From a virus (Duplodnaviria; Caudoviricetes): DNA of 33,230 nt. The notes under the pieces are model-generated. The model was not told the origin of the DNA, did not search any database, and saw only the letters and a program-made list of their open reading frames with translations. The stretch covers positions 1-33,230 of IMG/VR virus record IMGVR_UViG_3300042934_000211. One strand, given 5' to 3'. Position 1 is the first letter of the stretch. Each line of letters opens with the position of its first letter. Positions 16,672 to 24,731 of the stretch are shown piece by piece. Position numbers and translations under genes: made by a program.

Positions 16672-18352
16672 ATATAACCCTCCTCATAAATTTATTATAT
16701 TTTACCGTAACCCCTGCTTCTTTAGCTCTCTCCAAGGCATCCAGTATCAAGTATCTCCTATCAAAATCTGAAAGATTAGGACAATTCTTTGCTGCCATAT
16801 AGCTTGCCCTAAATTCATCATTCCACATCCCCGCCGCTACCTTTGTACCTTTGTATTGTCTATGTCCATAATACTCATGTGCAAGCACGGCTCTTTCACT
16901 CATTAAGTCTCTTGGGTGTAATGAAGAATCCTTTGACGGGAAAACATTAGAACTTATAAAAACTTTATCTCTGCTTTCAGAGTATCCACTCCCATAACCA
17001 TCTCTAAAAATAAAAATATCTTCATCTGCTCCAATAGAATTCATTTCTTTTAATAAATGTTCTTTATCAGCTTGCGATAAGGGGATATTTGAACTTTTTC
17101 TAAGACCACTTGCCATATCCCTTTGAGTAATTTCTCTTTCATCTTCTATTTTATCATTTTTTTTAGATTTTGCAACTGTTTTTCCTCCAGCAACATTCCC
17201 CAGTCCATCCATATAAATGCGCTCTTTTTGTTGTGGCAATTTCATTTTACTAGAAAAGTCTGCATACTGAGCCATAGTCGAACGGTATCTTGACTTAGCA
17301 GCTATTATATCATCTTTACTAGCTCCACCTTTTTCTAAGAGGTTTATGTCTTGCCTTTGCTTACGCATAAGTGTTTCTAAGTTTCGTTGATATTGAGTAG
17401 CTTCATATGCATTAAATTCTTTATCCCCATACGCTTTCTTAGTGTTCTCCTTAGCGTTCATTTCAGTTAATTGTCTATCTGTATATGTTCGTTCTGAAAT
17501 GCCCGGTATAAATGGATAATACGAATGATAGCAATTAGCTCCACATAGTCCTGTGATACTATCTAATCCACATACAGATATAAGTTCTTCTTTTGTAAAA
17601 ACTCTACCCTGCCATACTTGGTGGGATGGTCTTGCTGTTGCGTGCCAAGAGACTTCAAAATGCTCTGTATTCAATGTCTTAGCATTACTGTCATTAATCT
17701 TGTTAGTAACTTGTGTTATGCCAGACATTACAGCTCTACGGCTTGCAACTTCTACTCTATTGCTCCAATTAGTAGCTCCGAACTCAACAGTTCTTACACC
17801 ACTTCTAGTCATTTCTTGTACGGTTCTTTTTAATACAGAATTGTAATCAAAGGCTCCTGTTGTAATGTCCAACATTGCCTTGTCTAAAGTTTTTTGGTAG
17901 AAGTCAGCCATTGGAGTAAATAAAACTTTTCCACCCATCGGAGTTGTAAAACCTAATGATTGAGTAATATTACTTAGTGTCTGTTTTGTCTGTTCACTAA
18001 AAGCTGATACAAGTTGTTGCAACTCTGCATTTTTGTTATATGGAATGAAATCTTTACCTGCCATTGTATAAATGCTTTTATCCCTTGTATAACCAAATTC
18101 AACTACCTGCTCATACATCTTTTCTATCTCTTTATCTGATAGTTCAAGAGTATTCTTTATTTGTAACTCAATGGCCTGTTTAGACATTCCCAACTGATTA
18201 AGCCTGTGTATTTGCCAATCGGCAGCTCTTGTTATCTCACTATTAATCTGAATACGTCTAACTACATCTTCCATAATTCTACGTTCTAGATCATTGAAAT
18301 ACTTTTCAATTTGAATAGGCATACGTTCTAATTCTGAAGGAGTTAAAGCCAT
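16661..18352 (-). CDS. Minor capsid (MuF-type) protein with about 180-aa C-terminal HExxGH toxin-like extension
   Basis: Core motifs VSWHATARPSHQVWQG, GLCGANCYHSYYPF, YEATQYQR; extension after RIYMDGLG with LAHEYYGH. Confidence 0.85.
   Translation of the reverse strand: MALTPSELERMPIQIEKYFNDLERRIMEDVVRRIQINSEITRAADWQIHRLNQLGMSKQAIELQIKNTLELSDKEIEKMYEQVVEFGYTRDKSIYTMAGKDFIPYNKNAELQQLVSAFSEQTKQTLSNITQSLGFTTPMGGKVLFTPMADFYQKTLDKAMLDITTGAFDYNSVLKRTVQEMTRSGVRTVEFGATNWSNRVEVASRRAVMSGITQVTNKINDSNAKTLNTEHFEVSWHATARPSHQVWQGRVFTKEELISVCGLDSITGLCGANCYHSYYPFIPGISERTYTDRQLTEMNAKENTKKAYGDKEFNAYEATQYQRNLETLMRKQRQDINLLEKGGASKDDIIAAKSRYRSTMAQYADFSSKMKLPQQKERIYMDGLGNVAGGKTVAKSKKNDKIEDEREITQRDMASGLRKSSNIPLSQADKEHLLKEMNSIGADEDIFIFRDGYGSGYSESRDKVFISSNVFPSKDSSLHPRDLMSERAVLAHEYYGHRQYKGTKVAAGMWNDEFRASYMAAKNCPNLSDFDRRYLILDALERAKEAGVTVKYNKFMRRVIYGD
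17148..17175 (-). promoter_or_regulatory. Internal sigma-A promoter in the MuF linker
   Basis: TTGCAA-16 bp-TAAAAT with extended -10 (TGATAAAAT), encoded by VAKSKKNDKI. Confidence 0.6.
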
Positions 18353-18366
18353 CTAATCACCCACCC

Positions 18367-19722
18367 TTATAGAATAACATCTGCCTGCTGTGGTATCATC
18401 GCTTTTGCAGTTGCCTCATCTTCACCAAACCATTTAGCACGGTACTCCCACAATTGCATTACACCCATAGCGACATCTGAACGGTCTTGACTTCTCTCTG
18501 TTTCTTCATCAACCAGAATACTATCTTTAAAGTCACATACAAATTCATAGCCAGTAGTGGCCAAACTATTATAAAAAGCTAATGCAAATACTAAATCTTC
18601 TAAGCAAGTCTTCAAGTTCTTTTGAATAGCTGATACCGTATTGTATTTACGCTTCTTAGCGCTCTTAATCTCTGTAGCAGTCTTTTCAATAGTTGATGGA
18701 TTAGAAATATCGCCATAGGATAATCCTACCGCGAATTCAATGTTGCGCTTATATTCTTCAAGGCCACTTAAAAGAGATACCTCTCTGAACTCAGGTGAGA
18801 ATGTATCAAATAACTCTTTATTATCGCCCATTTGAACATCAACTGCTCTATATAGTCTTTTGTTTAATTTTGATACAGAAGATGTGCCTTTTGTCTTGTC
18901 GATTTTTAATGCTGCTGAATCTACGTGGACCGCTCTTTCTCCACTTTCAAACTCCCAATTTAGCCTACCAAATTGCGTATCTGCTTGCTTAATCAGATAC
19001 TTAGCAGAATCATAGATAGATACTCCATTAAATGAACCATCAATATCATTCTTAATAGGGTTTCTGTAATAACCAAAGTCCGGCTTATCCATTAACGGAT
19101 AGTTGATATAGGGTTCTAAGTTGGCCCATTCTGCAACACTTTCAAGGTTCGTTTCTCTGCCTAACTCAGTCTTGTTGTTACTGTGATATGCCTTGTTGGT
19201 GATAGTAAGACCACTCTTATCCAATGAATGATACTCAAATCTGAAATAGCAATCATCATCCTTAACACGCTTTGTCTCAACAAATACTACTTTGATTAAA
19301 CGTCCCCTGGAATCAAATTCTACTGGTATAAAACTATCGGCCAATACATATTCAACCTTATTTTCACCCAACGGCTTAATAATAAAAGAACCTAACGCAA
19401 GCCCACTTTGTAGGTTTTCGTTTAGGTCCTCTATTGCTGATTCATATATATCGTGCAGTTTTCTATTTGTAACCTTGGAAGTCATTTCATTCAAACATAC
19501 ATTAGCGAACTCTCTAGTGATGCCTTGCTCTAGCCTTAAGGAATATATAGAGTCATTATCTACCCATTCAGCTTTACCCTTTAGCATATTGGCCCATTCT
19601 TCAATTTTATCAACCATTGCTGCTGAAATAGCAACGTCACTTCCTATGGCTTGTTTTACGTTCTTTACTGGGAACATTCTTTTTATCACTTCCTTTACGA
19701 ATTTGATTATATTTTCAAACAC
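18367..19722 (-). CDS. Portal protein (A118/SPP1-like)
   Basis: 451 aa after the terminase; GVSIY, LNWEFESGER, IEFAVGLSYG, KTATEI, WEYRAKWFGEDE motifs. Confidence 0.92.
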   Translation of the reverse strand: MFENIIKFVKEVIKRMFPVKNVKQAIGSDVAISAAMVDKIEEWANMLKGKAEWVDNDSIYSLRLEQGITREFANVCLNEMTSKVTNRKLHDIYESAIEDLNENLQSGLALGSFIIKPLGENKVEYVLADSFIPVEFDSRGRLIKVVFVETKRVKDDDCYFRFEYHSLDKSGLTITNKAYHSNNKTELGRETNLESVAEWANLEPYINYPLMDKPDFGYYRNPIKNDIDGSFNGVSIYDSAKYLIKQADTQFGRLNWEFESGERAVHVDSAALKIDKTKGTSSVSKLNKRLYRAVDVQMGDNKELFDTFSPEFREVSLLSGLEEYKRNIEFAVGLSYGDISNPSTIEKTATEIKSAKKRKYNTVSAIQKNLKTCLEDLVFALAFYNSLATTGYEFVCDFKDSILVDEETERSQDRSDVAMGVMQLWEYRAKWFGEDEATAKAMIPQQADVIL

Positions 19723-19735
19723 CTAATCACCGCCT

Positions 19736-21778
19736 TTATTGTCCTCGTTTCTTCCAAATAGATTCAGTTGCATATCTTACAGCATCTATAACGTGATCGT
19801 TACCATCTGGATATCCTGATATTACATTACCTTCTTTATCTCGATCATACTCGTAATTAAGAAACTCTTGCACTGCCTCAGGACAACGCACATTATCGAT
19901 AATGATTTCCTTTAATGACTGCAGCCACTTATATGAATACTTCCGACTATCAGGTCCTTTTATCGCAGATCTTGCTAGCAATCCATAATTTCTGTAATCT
20001 CCTACTGATTTATTCTCTGAACTATCGCACGTTATAAGGTCATTTGCAGTAATCCCTAATTCAAGGAGTTTATCTGCAGTTTCTCTATTAGACTGTTTAT
20101 TACTGGTATATTCCTGCCAAATATAAAGTCTATGTTGAGCAGGTTCATATTGTAGCCTAACAAATGAATATAGGTCAGGGTAAAAGCCCCAATCGACACC
20201 GTTGTATATGCGGTCAAATTGTTTAATCTCATCATCTGTAATAGCTCTTACAATAACATTATCAAATACAGCTCCACCAGTCCCATTTGCAATACCCATA
20301 TATTCGTTTTCGTATGCAGTAGGATTAACCTCTTTAAGGAAGTCCGCTTCATCAAGGAAAGGCTTTCCTAGCCATTGCCTAGGAACATCTAAATATGTTG
20401 ACCAGGTTACTAATCTACTTGCTTTCGGTATCTTAATATACTTATTTGCCCAGTTATTAGCTGATTTAGGAGGGTTGAATGACTTAAATATATAAGCTAA
20501 TTCACCACCACGAATAACGGACTGTTCTATCTTTCTAACCGCTTCTTCTCCGGCAAACTGATCTAATTCTTCCAACCATAGAATTCCGATATAGCCAAAG
20601 GGTACCTTTATTGATTTAATCTTACCTGGATCATCAGCTCCACGGAAGTATATCTTTTGACCGGTGCTCTTTCGTGTAATCTCCAAAGGACTTACAGTAC
20701 AATAAAATTCATCTTGTAATCCCAATGCATCTATTGCCCATTGTATCTGAGCATATACGGACGTTCTAAGAGTGTCAGCAACTTGTCTTCCAACTAATGC
20801 ATGGATACCGTCATTCTTCATCAACAGATCTATTACCTGTTCACTAATAAATGATGATTTAGTAGAACCACGACCACCAGGGAAAACATATTCTCTATGA
20901 TCTTTATTATCGATATCAAAAACTACTGGAGCAAATGCAGGAGCTATCATTGTGGAAGGTGTTCCTCTGTATATAATACCTGTTGCCTTGTCGTCTGGCT
21001 CTAGCTTCTTACATTCTAATTCATACTTCTTCTTATCAAATTCTATCCTGTGCTTATCCATAGGATTAATTAAGAAATATTTATCTAACCAATCCAAAGA
21101 CTTATACTTATCAGCAAGTTTGATTGATATACCATCCCTACCTTGCTTGACCTCTTGAATGAGCTGCGTATCTATTTCAGATGATTCTTTAAGGTCCACA
21201 TAATTTATATTGTATGTATGCTTTATATCCTCGCCATCTGTCTCTTCTATTGCCTTTATCCCAAAACTGAGGTAATTACCTATGTCAGAGAAAGCTATTC
21301 GCATATGGTATTCAAGTAGATCACTTTCATTAGCAACTATCTGTTGACGCTTCAATTCGTTTAGTCGTTGGATTTCTGACTTTACACAAGGTTTTACAAG
21401 GAGCTTATATCCTTCTGAATTTGCTACATCATAACTACACTGGTAAGCCTTCTGATAACTTTGGGTAGCATTAAATATCTTACTGTAATATATACAAAAA
21501 AGCCTTTGTTCGTGGGTAAGGTTCTCGTTTAACATAGTTTCCTTAGTCCCATCATCAAAGACTTTCTTTTTAACCTTATTCATTTGTTTGGAACGTTCCG
21601 TATCTGATTGGAACGTTCCGTTCAACTTCTGTTCCCATTTATCTTTAGACTTCCACCCTCGCACTGATCCAGGAGAAGTATTTAGTTGACTAGCTATCTC
21701 AACTAAATCTATGTTGCCATTATGTTGCATATATATGTCATATGCTTTGTCTCTATTTGGGTCTCTAGCTCTTGCCAA
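19736..21778 (-). CDS. Fused terminase small subunit and PBSX-type large subunit
   Basis: N-terminal TerS motifs (ARDPNRDKA, VRGWKSKDKW, QRLFCIYY...NATQSY, IKLADKYKSLDWL); C-terminal TerL motifs GGRGSTKS, LWLEE, SFNPP, GVDWG, NDHVIDAVRYA. Confidence 0.93.
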   Translation of the reverse strand: MARARDPNRDKAYDIYMQHNGNIDLVEIASQLNTSPGSVRGWKSKDKWEQKLNGTFQSDTERSKQMNKVKKKVFDDGTKETMLNENLTHEQRLFCIYYSKIFNATQSYQKAYQCSYDVANSEGYKLLVKPCVKSEIQRLNELKRQQIVANESDLLEYHMRIAFSDIGNYLSFGIKAIEETDGEDIKHTYNINYVDLKESSEIDTQLIQEVKQGRDGISIKLADKYKSLDWLDKYFLINPMDKHRIEFDKKKYELECKKLEPDDKATGIIYRGTPSTMIAPAFAPVVFDIDNKDHREYVFPGGRGSTKSSFISEQVIDLLMKNDGIHALVGRQVADTLRTSVYAQIQWAIDALGLQDEFYCTVSPLEITRKSTGQKIYFRGADDPGKIKSIKVPFGYIGILWLEELDQFAGEEAVRKIEQSVIRGGELAYIFKSFNPPKSANNWANKYIKIPKASRLVTWSTYLDVPRQWLGKPFLDEADFLKEVNPTAYENEYMGIANGTGGAVFDNVIVRAITDDEIKQFDRIYNGVDWGFYPDLYSFVRLQYEPAQHRLYIWQEYTSNKQSNRETADKLLELGITANDLITCDSSENKSVGDYRNYGLLARSAIKGPDSRKYSYKWLQSLKEIIIDNVRCPEAVQEFLNYEYDRDKEGNVISGYPDGNDHVIDAVRYATESIWKKRGQ
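21588..21621. repeat. Tandem palindromic repeat in the terS region (candidate pac-associated site)
   Basis: TTGGAACGTTCCGT at 21588-21601 and 21608-21621, each containing the palindrome GGAACGTTCC. Confidence 0.55.
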
Positions 21779-21812
21779 CCGTCACCACCTCTCATTCGTC
21801 GGTTTTGTTATA

Positions 21813-21836
21813 TAAAAAAGCACCCCTAAGGATGCC
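21813..21836 (-). terminator. Terminator of the 103-aa moron
   Basis: GGGCATCC-TTAG-GGGTGCTT-TTTT. Confidence 0.8.
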
Positions 21837-21845
21837 CTTAACAAT

Positions 21846-22157
21846 CTATTTATTCTTTAACTTTTTGAACATTTCCATAGATTCTTTTACGAGATTGTTT
21901 GATACATTAACATCTAGTATGTCACAATCTTTTTCAATAAAATCAAGTTCTGCCAATGTTATTACAGTTGTTTTTATAAATGATATTCTTAAGTATTCAT
22001 TAATCATTGGTGTTTCTTGAAGAAAGATCATTTTGTCTTTCAAATCACCATTCTCAGTTAATCTTTTAATTAATTGGTTATCTTCAGATGCCATGGCAAA
22101 TTGAGAATTTATCATTAATTTCTTAAACAGTTCGCTTAGTTTTATTTTATCACTCAT
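21846..22157 (-). CDS. Moron, hypothetical 103-aa protein
   Basis: Strong GGAGGTGA SD; own promoter and terminator; no family recognised. Confidence 0.75.
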   Translation of the reverse strand: MSDKIKLSELFKKLMINSQFAMASEDNQLIKRLTENGDLKDKMIFLQETPMINEYLRISFIKTTVITLAELDFIEKDCDILDVNVSNNLVKESMEMFKKLKNK

Positions 22158-22182
22158 TTATATCACCTCCCCTTTACTACAA

Positions 22183-22211
22183 ATACTACCACTATATTCC
22201 ATAATTAGCAA
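22183..22211 (-). promoter_or_regulatory. Sigma-A promoter
   Basis: TTGCTA-17 bp-TAGTAT with extended TG. Confidence 0.6.
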
Positions 22212-22250
22212 TATGGAAACAACCGGTTGAATTTTAACATTTTGTTGTAT

Positions 22251-22280
22251 AAAAATAGTCCTAAACCAAAGTTAAGGACT
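22251..22280 (-). terminator. Terminator downstream of the kinase-STAS-TM operon
   Basis: AGTCCT-TAAC-TTTG-GTTT-AGGACT-ATTTTT. Confidence 0.7.
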
Positions 22281-22562
22281 GTAATGAAATACATATTAAA
22301 CTTACTGAATAAAATTAAACATTCTATCCAATAATAATATTATGGTTCTATAACACGCTCAATAAATATAGTGCGAGACCAGCGCCATCATTTTGGTTAT
22401 ATTTATTTCCTAACATAATAGCAATTAATCTATAAAGTCTTTTAGTAAGGATGTAGCTAGTCAAATTATTGTATCTATTCCCAATCAACATATTATTTAC
22501 TGTTGGAAATAATTAATACTTACTTTTTATTATCCTCTTGATGCATATAATATATTACTTAA

Positions 22563-23012
22563 TTATTTAGTTTTTCTTATTTTTTCCCCCAAATGTCTTC
22601 TAGATATACATTCGTAAATATGCCCAAGCTTTTTTTCAAAATCAATGTAAAACAAAACATAATTATCATTTGACATTTTATCAGTTAGAACCAATAGGTC
22701 TTCTAATTCCTGTATTATTGTGATTAATTGTTCATAAAATAGGTGGTCATTATACTTAAAGAAAATCGAATCTTCTCTTACCAGTCGTAATACGTCAATA
22801 ATTTTTTCTGTTCCACTCAACCTTTCTTCACTGTAGCGAATATACATTCTTGCCTTGGGTATCTCCTTCATTAAATACACACTGTATATTTCTTTATAGT
22901 AGTCTGAGATTAAGCTGACTTTGTTAAATTTAATATTATTACAATATTCAAAAATTGGAATTCCAATTGAAATAATAATTGCTGCTATTGATAATATTAT
23001 TGATACCTCCAT
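22563..23012 (-). CDS. Hypothetical protein with N-terminal TM helix and helical soluble domain; third gene of the operon
   Basis: IILSIAAIIISIGIPIF; 18 nt downstream of the STAS-like gene, GAGGGGG SD. Confidence 0.8.
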   Translation of the reverse strand: MEVSIILSIAAIIISIGIPIFEYCNNIKFNKVSLISDYYKEIYSVYLMKEIPKARMYIRYSEERLSGTEKIIDVLRLVREDSIFFKYNDHLFYEQLITIIQELEDLLVLTDKMSNDNYVLFYIDFEKKLGHIYECISRRHLGEKIRKTK

Positions 23013-23030
23013 TTATACTTCCCCCTCGTC

Positions 23031-23318
23031 TTATGAAAATAAATCTCTTAATACTTCCTCTTCCAATTCCTTTTTTTTAGTAATTAATTTAATTTTAGTA
23101 TCAATCCCATTAAATCCTATTTCATTAATAATTTCAGTGAAAAAGCCTTGTGTAAAGGACGATGCGATTTTCTCTATATTTTCAGGGAAACAAATGATAT
23201 TTATTTTTGAAAAATCTATTTTATCTTTAACTTGTTCTTTATATACCGATTTTCCATACGGATTTCCAGCTAACCTAGTAGTCATTTTGTCAAATTTTAA
23301 ATCAATTTTATTCTCCAT
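23031..23318 (-). CDS. STAS-like (DUF4325-type) anti-anti-sigma-like protein
   Basis: 95 aa; LAGNPYG, I.FP......ASSFTQGFF resembles the STAS phospho-serine loop; overlaps the kinase gene by 11 nt. Confidence 0.7.
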   Translation of the reverse strand: MENKIDLKFDKMTTRLAGNPYGKSVYKEQVKDKIDFSKINIICFPENIEKIASSFTQGFFTEIINEIGFNGIDTKIKLITKKKELEEEVLRDLFS

Positions 23319-24471
23319 TTATTTTTTCTCCTTTCATAACAAAGTTAAGATTGTATGCCGTCCCAGGCATATTAATCAAGCATTCTGTTACAACACCATT
23401 CTCGGGAATGTTGCTAAAATAATCATTTTGTTCATTAAATCCTATCCATTGGTCACTATTAAATTCTAACATTTCTTGATAAAAATTTAATGCTCTATCT
23501 CCACTTATCACATAACATCTATGTGCTTCTGACCTCTCTTCTAAAGATTTAACTAATTGAGTTAATCCTGTTCCTCCTGTTGATTCGTATTTTTGTCGTC
23601 CAGATATTTTATGTTGGAATGCAGTAATGTTATAAAAATCTTCTTTTTTGTACTCATCATTAAATTGTTTCTTATGAAAATCATATGCATTATATACCTT
23701 TTTATACCTTTCTGTTTCACAATCAGATTTCAAAGATACTTTCTTTTTAATATCATTACCTAATAATGTCTCCGAAAAATTTACCACAACAATATTAATT
23801 CCATAATAATAATTATCTTCATCAATAACATTATTCGTAGATTTATTATACCCAGAGGAAACATCTATATCAACCAAACAATCAGAACCTGCATGTTCGC
23901 AAGCATTCCCAACTAACTCTGCAACTACCTCTGAAATATCATCTCTACACTGTTCGTCAACACTGAATATCTTTAAAAAAGAATCTACCTCCTGGTATAA
24001 AAGTCCAAGATAATTACTATTTTCTAGTTCATTCCCATTTATAACTCTTCGTAAATGATATCCGTATGTGTCTTTAATAAATTTTTGCCCAAATTTTTGA
24101 ATATTATCCTTATCAATCCCGTTTAGTAATAATAAAGGAGAGGAATAAGCCCCTTCTGTACCAATTTCTTTTTTAACAGTGCATAATATATGTACTTTTT
24201 GCTTATAATTAACTATTAAATTATAGCATATGCATTCTAGTAAAATATATGATAATTTATCAATAAATGATATTTCACCTAAATTAAAAATGATAGGTAT
24301 TTTTAATTTAGGATACTGATTATGTAAAGAATTAACAAACTTTATAATTCTCCCTATTGTTTTTCCTGAAAAAATCTCTTCTTTATTGTCAAATACCGCA
24401 CATTTCTCTTGTATCTTAATTTTCGTAATACTTTTATTATTTTTATTTAAGAGCAAATCTATATTATTCAT
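23308..24471 (-). CDS. GHKL/HATPase-fold ATPase (anti-sigma-type Ser kinase-like) with possible N-terminal STAS-like domain
   Basis: N-box VAELVGNACEH, G2 STGGTGL, terminal MPGT; N-terminal FNLGEISFID; start MNNID with GGGGAG SD. Confidence 0.78.
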   Translation of the reverse strand: MNNIDLLLNKNNKSITKIKIQEKCAVFDNKEEIFSGKTIGRIIKFVNSLHNQYPKLKIPIIFNLGEISFIDKLSYILLECICYNLIVNYKQKVHILCTVKKEIGTEGAYSSPLLLLNGIDKDNIQKFGQKFIKDTYGYHLRRVINGNELENSNYLGLLYQEVDSFLKIFSVDEQCRDDISEVVAELVGNACEHAGSDCLVDIDVSSGYNKSTNNVIDEDNYYYGINIVVVNFSETLLGNDIKKKVSLKSDCETERYKKVYNAYDFHKKQFNDEYKKEDFYNITAFQHKISGRQKYESTGGTGLTQLVKSLEERSEAHRCYVISGDRALNFYQEMLEFNSDQWIGFNEQNDYFSNIPENGVVTECLINMPGTAYNLNFVMKGEKINGE

Positions 24472-24519
24472 TTTGACACTCCCCAATATGATTATGTATA
24501 CTTCACCATTATTCTCTAT

Positions 24520-24548
24520 ATTCTACCATTATTTCTCATTTTATTCAA
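24520..24548 (-). promoter_or_regulatory. Sigma-A promoter of the three-gene operon
   Basis: TTGAAT-17 bp-TAGAAT with extended TG; direct repeat AATAATGGT at 24505-24513 and 24525-24533. Confidence 0.7.
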
Positions 24549-24660
24549 CAACAATACCACCCAGGGGAGTGGATGGTTTTAGGGGATAAAACTTTGGGGG
24601 CCTGTTTGCTTTCGTTTTGTATGGAGTACGCACAGAAACAGGAAAAGATATATTCTCCAG

Positions 24661-24731
24661 GGGAATTGACAGGCTACGATCCTGCGATATACTCATATAT
24701 TGAGTTGCTCTACCAACTGAGCTACAATTCC
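24661..24731 (-). tRNA. tRNA-like element (pseudo-tRNA, aberrant anticodon and T loops)
   Basis: GGAATTG-TA-GCTC AGTTGGTA GAGC-A-ACTCA ATATA TGAGT-ATATC-GCAGG ATCGTAG CCTGT-CAATTCC-C; no encoded CCA. Confidence 0.75.

Noticed and set aside
22285-22560. Decayed membrane-protein gene downstream of the kinase operon
   Set aside because: A short hydrophobic reading (LIAIMLGNKYNQNDGAGLALYLLSVL) is visible on the minus strand but is stop-interrupted and unidentifiable
22563-23012. PIN or HEPN nuclease as third gene of the kinase operon
   Set aside because: No N-terminal DTN-type acidic PIN motif or convincing RxxxxH; it begins with a TM helix
24661-24731. Functional tRNA-Ile(UAU)
   Set aside because: Needs a 4-bp anticodon stem, lacks U33 and the TTC T-loop; kept only as tRNA-like
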